64,000 nt of DNA from positions 8,521-72,520 of the forward strand of contig DPKG01000014.1 of assembly GCA_003542615.1 (NCBI GenBank), written 5' to 3'. The position numbers were made by a program, and so were the translations under genes. The DNA is from Candidatus Shapirobacteria bacterium. Its GTDB lineage: Bacteria > Patescibacteriota > Microgenomatia > UBA12405. This document shows, piece by piece, positions 36,848-44,709 of this stretch. Numbering within the stretch: the first letter of the stretch is position 1; each line of letters begins with the position of its first letter. The notes under the pieces were generated by a model. It did not search any database, was not told the DNA's origin, and saw only the letters and a program-made list of their open reading frames with translations.

Positions 36848-37651
36848 ATGTCAGAAAAAGTCAGGTATTTTGAGGGATATTTGAGTCCGGTGGAGGAAGA
36901 ATTGGCGTTTGTGGAGAGATGCCGAGTTAATGGGGTCAAGCAAATTATTTTGGACTGGGACGATACAATTGGGAAGACAGTAGGAATTTTTAAAAAGCAG
37001 ATGGATAGATGTTATGATTTTTTGGCTGAAAGAGCGCCAATTTTGAGTAGAGAAGAATGGAGGGAGAGAATAGTATTTCATAATAATAATTCTTTTGAAA
37101 CCCATGGAGTAAATCCAATAAGGTGGTCAGTAGTAATGGATTTAGTGCAGAGAGAAACAGGATTGGATAAAAAAAATACCAGGGGTGCAGTAAAAATTTT
37201 GGGGCATATTTATAAAACCAGACAGGAATTTTTACCGGGAGCAGAGGAGGGGTTGCAGTTTTTGGTGAAAACAGGAATGCCAATCGGTATTGGTACACAC
37301 GCGAATTGGGATTGGACAAGATTTAAATATAATTGTTTAAAGATGCACAGATATGTACCTTGGGATGATGTTTATATATTTGATGAAAATGGGCATAAAA
37401 CTCCGAAAGAATGGGATAAAGGAATTAGGAAATATTTTAAGGTAAGACCAGAAAGATGTATGCTGGTTGGAGACAGTCCAAGGTCAGATATTAATCCGGC
37501 TATCGAAATCGGGGTCAGGGCGGAGAACTGTGTGTGGATTACCGGAAACGGAACGGAATTGTGGTCGATACATCAACAGGCGGTACCAGCGGAAGTGAGA
37601 AGGATGTCAAATATAAACGGACTGCGAAATTTGGGAAGAGAAGTAATTTAG
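36848..37651 (+). CDS. HAD-superfamily hydrolase
   Basis: DWDDT motif I and VGDS...DI motif IV. Confidence 0.85.
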   Translation: MSEKVRYFEGYLSPVEEELAFVERCRVNGVKQIILDWDDTIGKTVGIFKKQMDRCYDFLAERAPILSREEWRERIVFHNNNSFETHGVNPIRWSVVMDLVQRETGLDKKNTRGAVKILGHIYKTRQEFLPGAEEGLQFLVKTGMPIGIGTHANWDWTRFKYNCLKMHRYVPWDDVYIFDENGHKTPKEWDKGIRKYFKVRPERCMLVGDSPRSDINPAIEIGVRAENCVWITGNGTELWSIHQQAVPAEVRRMSNINGLRNLGREVI

Positions 37652-37654
37652 CAT

Positions 37655-37691
37655 AAAAATAGCCCCGATATAAAACCGGAGCTATTTTTTT
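37655..37691. terminator. Bidirectional intrinsic terminator
   Basis: AAAAATAGC-C-CCG...CGG-A-GCTATTTTT hairpin between convergent genes. Confidence 0.7.
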
Positions 37692-37703
37692 AGAAGCTAA
37701 AGT

Positions 37704-38072
37704 TTAGTTGGAAGAACGGTAACCCATTCCCCGACCCTGACCTTTGCCCTGACCCTGACCCATGCCATACTTAGTTTTGAATTCATTAAGTTTGGTATAG
37801 TCCCCTTTTTCGGCGTCCAAATGAGCGGCGGCGAATTCGGAGAAGTTGTCGGCATTAACAAAACGAGTAGCACCACGACCATCCATGAGATCTGCCCATG
37901 ATTGATAGTTTTTATTTTGAAAAGCTTGCAACATTGAATCATGGCGTTCTTCAGTGTAGTTGGGACCCTTGACAGCCGGGTCGCCCTGATAGGCAAGAAC
38001 AGGAGTAAATGATTTAACAGCAACTAAGCCTAGAGTAAGGGCGGCTAACCCTAAAACGATATTGGTTTTCAT
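37704..38072 (-). CDS. Secreted protein with Gly/Gln-rich tail
   Basis: Signal peptide ending VLA; GQGQGKGQGRGMG tail. Confidence 0.75.
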   Translation of the reverse strand: MKTNIVLGLAALTLGLVAVKSFTPVLAYQGDPAVKGPNYTEERHDSMLQAFQNKNYQSWADLMDGRGATRFVNADNFSEFAAAHLDAEKGDYTKLNEFKTKYGMGQGQGKGQGRGMGYRSSN

Positions 38073-38122
38073 ATTTTTTTTAATTATTAATTTGTAGATA
38101 GTTTCCGGATGAGCTATCTAGT

Positions 38123-38154
38123 ATTAATACAGCGGCAAGATACCATTTCTTTCA
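38123..38154 (-). promoter_or_regulatory. Putative ECF-sigma promoter
   Basis: TGAAAG-N17-TGTATTAAT, matching the motif upstream of the ECF gene. Confidence 0.6.
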
Positions 38155-38155
38155 T

Positions 38156-38806
38156 TTATCTAAAACCCCAGGGTCGGATTTCATTTACTTTGAAACTATC
38201 GGAGGATAATTGCTGACCAATCAATTTAATTTCAAGACCGACAGTGAGGGAAGCCCAACCACGAATAAGAGGTTGGTCGTGGGTGATAGTCCAGGTTTTG
38301 CCGTTAAAATCGAGGAGAGTAAATTGATTTGCGGTGTCGAGGCTGATAATTTTGCCGGAAAGATAGCCTGATGAGGGATCTGACCAAACCTGCTGTTTGA
38401 GAGGGGCCAGAGAGCGATATATTTTGAAACGATGAGCCAGATAATTATCGGTGAGAGGAGCGGCATTGAGCTGGTGAAAAATCAGACCAATAGTTGCACC
38501 AAAAAATAAAATTGAAATAATTAGAATTTTGGGGTCAAGGCGGTAAGATTTTTTGGTATGACGAAGAAAGTAAGTGGTAACTAATACAAAGAAAAAGGCA
38601 GTAATAGACCAAAAGTAAGGGGTAAATTCGGGATTCTGAATCATATAAACTGAAAGTGAGAGACCGAGGGCGAAAACCAGAAGTGAAAGGAGGGCAAGGG
38701 TCCAAAAAAAGATATTCCGACTCAAAAAGTGCCAACGGGGAGTTGGTTTGAGGTGTTGTTGCTGAATGGTTTTTAGCGCTTTTTGGCTAATACTGGTTTT
38801 GGTCAT
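38156..38806 (-). CDS. Membrane protein, probable anti-sigma partner
   Basis: 3 TM plus a C-terminal OB-like domain; overlaps the ECF sigma gene. Confidence 0.6.
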   Translation of the reverse strand: MTKTSISQKALKTIQQQHLKPTPRWHFLSRNIFFWTLALLSLLVFALGLSLSVYMIQNPEFTPYFWSITAFFFVLVTTYFLRHTKKSYRLDPKILIISILFFGATIGLIFHQLNAAPLTDNYLAHRFKIYRSLAPLKQQVWSDPSSGYLSGKIISLDTANQFTLLDFNGKTWTITHDQPLIRGWASLTVGLEIKLIGQQLSSDSFKVNEIRPWGFR

Positions 38807-39365
38807 AGATTGTTTTAAATTGTTTTTTGGCCCGATTAATAAGGGTAGCGACGGTACCCATGGGCTTTTGTAAAATGTGACTAATTTCTTTATAATCTTT
38901 GTCCTGTAAGAATTTTAAGACAAGAACCTGTTGATATTCCGGTTTAAGTTGAGCTAAGATCAACCGGATGTAGTCCTGAAATTGGGAATCCTGAGTTTGT
39001 TTTTCGATGTCGGTGTCACTAACTAACCAATTGGTAATTTCACTATAATCATCATCGATGTTTAAGGTCTGGGTCTTTTTTGATTTTTTGAGGAAGTTGA
39101 CGGATTGATTGTGGACGATACGATATATCCAGGAAGAAAATTTAAAGTCAAAATCAAAATCATTTAGGTTTTGATAAGCCTTGACAAAAGAATTTTGAAT
39201 AATATCGTCGATATCTGATTGAGATAAAAAAGTCAGATGGTGGACATAGGCGGCCAGTTGTTTTTCGTAACGTGACATAAGGCAATAATAATAATTACTG
39301 TCGTCAAGAGAAAGACGGACCAATTGATGATCGTCTAGAGATTGACAAAGTTTTGGATCAAACAT
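38787..39365 (-). CDS. ECF RNA polymerase sigma factor
   Basis: Region 2 (DIIQNSFVKAY, FSSWIYRIVHN) and region 4 (YKEIS.IL..P.GTV.T.INRAK). Confidence 0.93.
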   Translation of the reverse strand: MFDPKLCQSLDDHQLVRLSLDDSNYYYCLMSRYEKQLAAYVHHLTFLSQSDIDDIIQNSFVKAYQNLNDFDFDFKFSSWIYRIVHNQSVNFLKKSKKTQTLNIDDDYSEITNWLVSDTDIEKQTQDSQFQDYIRLILAQLKPEYQQVLVLKFLQDKDYKEISHILQKPMGTVATLINRAKKQFKTIYDQNQY

Positions 39366-39380
39366 AGAGAGATATCTTTA

Positions 39381-39412
39381 ATTATTACAAAAATTTCGGC
39401 AATTTTCTTTCA
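39381..39412 (-). promoter_or_regulatory. Putative autoregulatory ECF promoter
   Basis: TGAAAG-N17-TGTAATAAT 15 nt upstream of the sigma start. Confidence 0.6.
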
Positions 39413-39430
39413 GTTTGATAGAATAGCGGC

Positions 39431-39949
39431 ATGAAATTGTTGATTCACGCTTGTTGTGCGGATTGTGTGTTGAAATTTTTGGAATCAAAAAGTGAGAAAA
39501 AATGGGAGGAGATGGCGGTGTATTATTACAATCCAAACATTCAGCCCCGATCGGAATATTTGAGCAGACTAAAGGCAATACAAAAAGTTTTGGAAAATAA
39601 AGAGGTGAAATTGATTATTCCGGATTGGAGTCCAAGAGAATATTTTGAGGTGGTTAAAACAGAAAAAGGGAGATGTGTAAAGTGTTGGAATTTGAGGTTG
39701 GGAAAAACGGCAGAATATGCAAAAAAGAACGGGTTTGAATATTTTTCGTCGACTTTGGTGACTTCACAATATCAAAATAGAAAAATGATAGAGGTGATTG
39801 CCGATAAGTTGGCAGCAGAAAAGGAAGTGAAGTTTTTTGTACCAAAAAAAGTATGTTGTGATCTTAAAACGGCAGGTTTTTATAAACAATTTTATTGCGG
39901 GTGTGTGTATTCGCTGAGGGAGCGGTTTGAGGAAAAATATAAAAAATAA
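39431..39949 (+). CDS. queH: Epoxyqueuosine reductase QueH
   Basis: HACCADC, YNPNIQP..EY..R, RC..C...RL..TA and YKQ.YCGC.YS motifs. Confidence 0.88.
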   Translation: MKLLIHACCADCVLKFLESKSEKKWEEMAVYYYNPNIQPRSEYLSRLKAIQKVLENKEVKLIIPDWSPREYFEVVKTEKGRCVKCWNLRLGKTAEYAKKNGFEYFSSTLVTSQYQNRKMIEVIADKLAAEKEVKFFVPKKVCCDLKTAGFYKQFYCGCVYSLRERFEEKYKK

Positions 39950-39951
39950 GT

Positions 39952-40893
39952 TCAGTTTGGGGGGTTGGCTACCTGATTGAGACGCTCTTCTATAGCCGGA
40001 TCGAGCTTGGCATAATGCAACTCTTTGGCTTCGTACATATTTTTGTCGGCACGGGTGAAAGTGTCCCAAAGATCTCTGTCTTTGGACGGATCGTAAAGGG
40101 CAAAACCAAGAGAAATACTAACTTCGGGAAGATTGGGGTTTTCCAGATTGTTTTGGTCAATGGCTTCCTGAAGACGTTTTTTGACAATATCCATATTTTC
40201 GGGAAGAATTTCGAGCAGGGCAGTAAATTCATCACCGCCGATACGGGAAGGGATATCCTCTTCTCTTAAGACTTTTTTTAAAATCTCGGCGACTCTTTTG
40301 AGGTGAATATCGCCTTTAGCATGGCCTATTTCATTGCCATTTTCGTCGACCTCGTCATTAATAACTTTTAGTCCGTCAACATCTAAATAGACGGCGGTCA
40401 GAGGAGGGATTGTTTGCTCGGGATGGGATCGGGATAAACGATTGTGCTGAGCCAAACGAAGGGATATTTGTTCCATAAAATAGGCGCGATTGTGAAGTCC
40501 AGTAAGAGGGTCTTTGTTTTGCTGAGTGGTGTCGAATTCCTGACAGGTATAGCCGAGACAATTTCCCTGGGGGTCAAAAACGGCTTTGATATTTCGGGTA
40601 TACCAAATTAAGTTTTCATTATCGTCGGGCTTTTCGGAATGGTCGTGTTGAATAATGGGGTTGTCGGGGGTTAATTGAGTGTAAACATTTTTGAGATCTT
40701 TTGGATCGTATGGACCGTGGATATTGAAGATATTAGGTTTTGTAAAAATTTCTTGAAAACCATCGTTTTTTGATAAAATATTGCCTTTTGGGTCGGCAAA
40801 ACAAGTCGGGTACGGAAGCATGTTGAGGATTTCTTTCGTGAGTAAGGGCGTTTTTTGGATTTCGATTGGAGGGGTTTCAAGAAAAGCATCCAT
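39952..40893 (-). CDS. PAS-GGDEF diguanylate cyclase
   Basis: DPLTGLHNR, D.DGLK.IND, GH..GD and intact GGDEF. Confidence 0.9.
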   Translation of the reverse strand: MDAFLETPPIEIQKTPLLTKEILNMLPYPTCFADPKGNILSKNDGFQEIFTKPNIFNIHGPYDPKDLKNVYTQLTPDNPIIQHDHSEKPDDNENLIWYTRNIKAVFDPQGNCLGYTCQEFDTTQQNKDPLTGLHNRAYFMEQISLRLAQHNRLSRSHPEQTIPPLTAVYLDVDGLKVINDEVDENGNEIGHAKGDIHLKRVAEILKKVLREEDIPSRIGGDEFTALLEILPENMDIVKKRLQEAIDQNNLENPNLPEVSISLGFALYDPSKDRDLWDTFTRADKNMYEAKELHYAKLDPAIEERLNQVANPPN

Positions 40894-40997
40894 AGATAAG
40901 TATGATTATATAGGAAAATTATATCTAGAAAAACATGTAAGAATTTTAAGCTGATTACTACACAAATAGTAGATGGAGGTATATAGTGATAGGTCAT

Positions 40998-41174
40998 ATG
41001 AATAAAAACCAAATATTTTTGGTGATTGGCGGAGTATTTTTAATATCTTTGATATGGTCAAGAGAAATAGTTTTAAATTACACCGGTGATTTGAGTAAAA
41101 TTTTAGGGTTGGGGGCTTTGGTAATAGGATATTTTTTGAAGCGAGTGACCGATCGGGTTTTTATAAATAAATGA
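40998..41174 (+). CDS. Small 2-TM protein
   Basis: Two hydrophobic segments. Confidence 0.5.
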   Translation: MNKNQIFLVIGGVFLISLIWSREIVLNYTGDLSKILGLGALVIGYFLKRVTDRVFINK

Positions 41175-41187
41175 GGTAAAATAAATT

Positions 41188-41427
41188 ATGACAACAAAAA
41201 AAGACACTTTTGAAGTAAAAGGGGAAGATTTAATCGCCAAGGTAAAGGAACTGATAAATGAAGGAAATGTCCGCCAGATTTCGATTATCGATAAAAACGG
41301 AAAAACAATAGTGATATTACCTTTGACTTTGGGAGTGGTGGGGGCAGTGTTGGTGCCGGTATTGGCGGCAGTGGGGGCGATAGCGGCTTTGGTAACGGAA
41401 TGCACCATAAAAGTTGAGAGAAAATAA
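41188..41427 (+). CDS. DUF4342 family protein
   Basis: KVKELI.EGNVR.I and ECTI.VER motifs. Confidence 0.85.
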   Translation: MTTKKDTFEVKGEDLIAKVKELINEGNVRQISIIDKNGKTIVILPLTLGVVGAVLVPVLAAVGAIAALVTECTIKVERK

Positions 41428-41447
41428 TAAAAATATGGAAGGATGAA

Positions 41448-41789
41448 ATGATTAATTTAATTGAAAAAGGGAAATATAAATTAATTGAAACGAAAGGGCA
41501 AGTGAAGATTTTGTATCTGGGGAAAAAACAATTTGCCTGGGTGTGGGTGGAGGAGATTGGAGAAATATTGGTGAGTTCGTATACAGAGCATGAAACCGAT
41601 CAATTGTTGGCGGTGGGAAAATATGAAATATATGAGGTAGAAAATGAGCCTAAGCTAGCGGATTTAATGCATTTAGAATTGGAGGTGGGGGAAGGATTAC
41701 GACAGGGATATTTATTGCTGACCGGGTTGCCGGATGAGGAAAAGAAAAGAGCCAGAATAATTCCGACGAAAGAATTGGTGATCAGGTAG
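41448..41789 (+). CDS. Conserved hypothetical protein
   Basis: ORF with an RBS-like GGAAGGA upstream. Confidence 0.7.
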   Translation: MINLIEKGKYKLIETKGQVKILYLGKKQFAWVWVEEIGEILVSSYTEHETDQLLAVGKYEIYEVENEPKLADLMHLELEVGEGLRQGYLLLTGLPDEEKKRARIIPTKELVIR

Positions 41790-41800
41790 AATTGGGAGTG

Positions 41801-42961
41801 ATGGAATTATCAACAGATCAAAAGAAAGCGCTGGATACTTTGATGGGGTGGAGTAAAAAAATGGGAGAAAATCAGTTTTTGACTTTGGGTGGTTATGCAG
41901 GAACGGGAAAAACAACCTTGATTTCGGTGTACAGAAAAAAAATCAGAGAAGAAAACAAAAAAATAAGAGTGGCTTTTGCCAGTTTTACGGGTAAGGCAAC
42001 GAGAGTGTTGAGAGGGAAATTGGCGGAAATGGAAACGGTATACAAAGAAGACAGTATCGGAACGATACATTCATTGATTTATAGCCCAATAGTCGATACT
42101 AAAAAAAATATTGTGGGGTGGAAAAAAAAAGATGAGATTGAGGCGGATTTGATTGTGATTGATGAAGGATCGATGGTTGACGGAACAATTTGGGGGGATT
42201 TGGTCAGTTATGGGTTGCCGATTGTGGTGGTGGGAGATCATGGTCAATTACCACCGATAAGAGGAGACTTTAATTTGATGGAGAGGCCAATGGTAAAACT
42301 GGAAAAAATCCATCGACAGGCGGAAAAAAATCCGATAATAAAGGTATCGATGTTGGCCAGAGAGGAAGGAAAAATCCCTTTTGAGAAATTTGGAAACGGA
42401 GTGGAAAAAATGAATAAAAGAGAAATGGATTGTCAGGAAAGAGTGGAGGAATTATTGGGAAACTTTACGACAGATTTGTTGGTATTGTGCGGATACAATA
42501 ATACCAGGGTAAAACTGAATAAATTTATTCGGGAAGGGATGCAATTTGAATCGGCCGAACCGACAGTGAATGACAGAGTAATATGTTTGAGAAATAATCA
42601 TAAGGTAGGAATTTATAACGGAATGTTGGGGATAATTGAAGGTTTGAAAAGCAAGGATGATCAATGGTTTAAGGCTGAAATTAAAATGGACGGAGAACAA
42701 GATAGTTACGAAGGGTTGATTTTGAAATCACAATTTAACAGTCAGGAAGCAATGAACTTTAGTAAAAACCGATATTTGACCATAAAAGGAGACTTGTTTG
42801 ATTTTGGTTATGCCCTGACGGTACATAAGGCTCAGGGCAGTCAGGCAAAGAGGGTGGTACTGTTTGAGGAGAGATTTTCACAGATGGATGAGAATATGTG
42901 GAGAAGATGGTTGTATACAGCAGTCACCAGAGCCGAGGAAGAACTATTTATTGTGGGTTGA
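41801..42961 (+). CDS. RecD-like SF1B helicase / exonuclease V alpha family
   Basis: GYAGTGKT, DEGSM, GDHGQLPP, TVHKAQGSQ and LYTAVTRA motifs. Confidence 0.92.
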   Translation: MELSTDQKKALDTLMGWSKKMGENQFLTLGGYAGTGKTTLISVYRKKIREENKKIRVAFASFTGKATRVLRGKLAEMETVYKEDSIGTIHSLIYSPIVDTKKNIVGWKKKDEIEADLIVIDEGSMVDGTIWGDLVSYGLPIVVVGDHGQLPPIRGDFNLMERPMVKLEKIHRQAEKNPIIKVSMLAREEGKIPFEKFGNGVEKMNKREMDCQERVEELLGNFTTDLLVLCGYNNTRVKLNKFIREGMQFESAEPTVNDRVICLRNNHKVGIYNGMLGIIEGLKSKDDQWFKAEIKMDGEQDSYEGLILKSQFNSQEAMNFSKNRYLTIKGDLFDFGYALTVHKAQGSQAKRVVLFEERFSQMDENMWRRWLYTAVTRAEEELFIVG

Positions 42962-44089
42962 TGATGGCAGGAAACTCAAAAAGAAAGCTCCCAAGCCAAG
43001 AAAAAATGAGACCATGGCTATAAACCAACCAACAAAGGGAATATTAAATATCAGCCAAAGTACGGGAAGACCAATGAGGAGGTAGTAAGTCGGCTGAAAA
43101 TACTTGTCGGAAAGGTTGAAGCGGTGAACGAGCATCTGACCAAAACTTAGGGAGCTGTAAACGGTGGCGGTGATAATGGCGATAATATAGACAAAAAGAA
43201 TTAAAAAAGCCAGCGGAATACCAATGACAGTAATAAGTAAAATAATAAAGGCAAAGGGGGTAAGAATTAGGACGGCGAAACCTACCAAAAAAGCAACGAG
43301 ACTACGGGTATTGATGATGGATATAATAGATAGTGTCCTTTTTGGATTTAGACTAAGAAGAACCAGACCAATAATCAAAAAGGAAATAATGGAATAAATT
43401 ACATGGACAAAATTGGCAACGGGAGTAATGATTGGTTGTTTTGGAGTGGTCGGGGTGTCAAGACGGTGAGCCGAAATAGTGCCAGCCACAAGTTCTTTGT
43501 TGAGATTGACTTGAATGTCTTGGGGAATATAATAGTCTAAATTTCCAGCAATACTTGATTCAGGCTGGAGATTAATATTTTGGCCATAGAAATAGACATG
43601 GCGGACAACGGCGGTGTTGAGGGTGAAATTTTCACCGGCGACGGTTAGATCGCGGCCAAAGGTACCGGATAAATTTATATCCTGTCCGGCCAGGATGGCA
43701 TCTTGAGAAATATTGGCGGCGGGTTGGACGGTAAGGCTTTGACCAAGGGTGGTTAAATTGGAAACGCTGGCATCGGTAATAATATTTTGACCGGCGGCAA
43801 AGAGATTATTTTGGATAATACCACTAATTTTAATATTCTGACCAACACAAAAAATACTACCGTTGACTTGGGCATTGATGAGAATGTCACGGCCGGCACA
43901 ATATAAATCTCCATTTATAGTGGAGTTTATGGTAATTTGGCTCCCTGCTATCAGGACGGATTCGTCGTAAACTTGGTCCGAGGGGAGGTTAATGTTTTCC
44001 CCGCTTTGAAAGAACATGGCCCGAGCCGGGTTGGCAGAAATTAAAAATAAAATTAAAGTAAAAACTAGATTTTTGATGATATTTTTCAT
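42944..44089 (-). CDS. Secreted bactofilin-like beta-helix protein with C-terminal TM domain
   Basis: Signal peptide, repeated AGQ.I.I.G motifs, 5 C-terminal TM. Confidence 0.8.
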   Translation of the reverse strand: MKNIIKNLVFTLILFLISANPARAMFFQSGENINLPSDQVYDESVLIAGSQITINSTINGDLYCAGRDILINAQVNGSIFCVGQNIKISGIIQNNLFAAGQNIITDASVSNLTTLGQSLTVQPAANISQDAILAGQDINLSGTFGRDLTVAGENFTLNTAVVRHVYFYGQNINLQPESSIAGNLDYYIPQDIQVNLNKELVAGTISAHRLDTPTTPKQPIITPVANFVHVIYSIISFLIIGLVLLSLNPKRTLSIISIINTRSLVAFLVGFAVLILTPFAFIILLITVIGIPLAFLILFVYIIAIITATVYSSLSFGQMLVHRFNLSDKYFQPTYYLLIGLPVLWLIFNIPFVGWFIAMVSFFLGLGAFFLSFLPSSTHNK

Positions 44090-44229
44090 ATTTTAATAAT
44101 AATATGGAAATTTTCGGATTTCAAGATTTTTAATTAATTTAATAAAATACACAAATATTTTGCGACGTTGGATTTTTAAGATAGGGGATGGGGTAAGATT
44201 TTTTTTTGAGGTCGTGTAATAATATAAGT

Positions 44230-44709
44230 ATGAAAAATGTAAAGTTGGTAGGATTTTCAATAATTGTTATTTTGTTGGGAACAATAGTCTTGATGATATT
44301 TGACGATGGGGGTACAAAAAATAAATTATTAAATACTTTGGCTGATAATAAGGAAGAAGTTAAGGTCTTAAAAGCTATAAATCCAAATGTGGTGGGAGGA
44401 GAGTTAAGTAATACAGTCGAGGAAGGAGAAGTAGTGCCAACTTCTAAGGTAGCCTTGGATGCAAGAGATGCTGATTTTAGTGAGGAAGGAAATTTGGTGG
44501 GAGATGAGTTGGTGTATGAAAAACCGGGACGGCCGGCAATAAGGGTAAAATTAGTTTTTAATTCGACCAGTTGGTGTGAGAATAAACCGTGTTTAATGGG
44601 GGCTAATCCTTCAATGGTAGGAAAATATGAAGACGGAACCAGGGTAAAAATTAGCGGGGAAAAAGAAGGAGAAGCGGTAAAAGTGTATGTGTTGAATGTT
44701 GTTGACTGA
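44230..44709 (+). CDS. Membrane-anchored hypothetical protein
   Basis: N-terminal TM; LVYEKPG.PA motif. Confidence 0.65.
   Translation: MKNVKLVGFSIIVILLGTIVLMIFDDGGTKNKLLNTLADNKEEVKVLKAINPNVVGGELSNTVEEGEVVPTSKVALDARDADFSEEGNLVGDELVYEKPGRPAIRVKLVFNSTSWCENKPCLMGANPSMVGKYEDGTRVKISGEKEGEAVKVYVLNVVD

Noticed and set aside
37730-37765. CCCTGA-type short tandem repeats
   Set aside because: They are explained by the GQGQGKGQG coding tail of the secreted protein.
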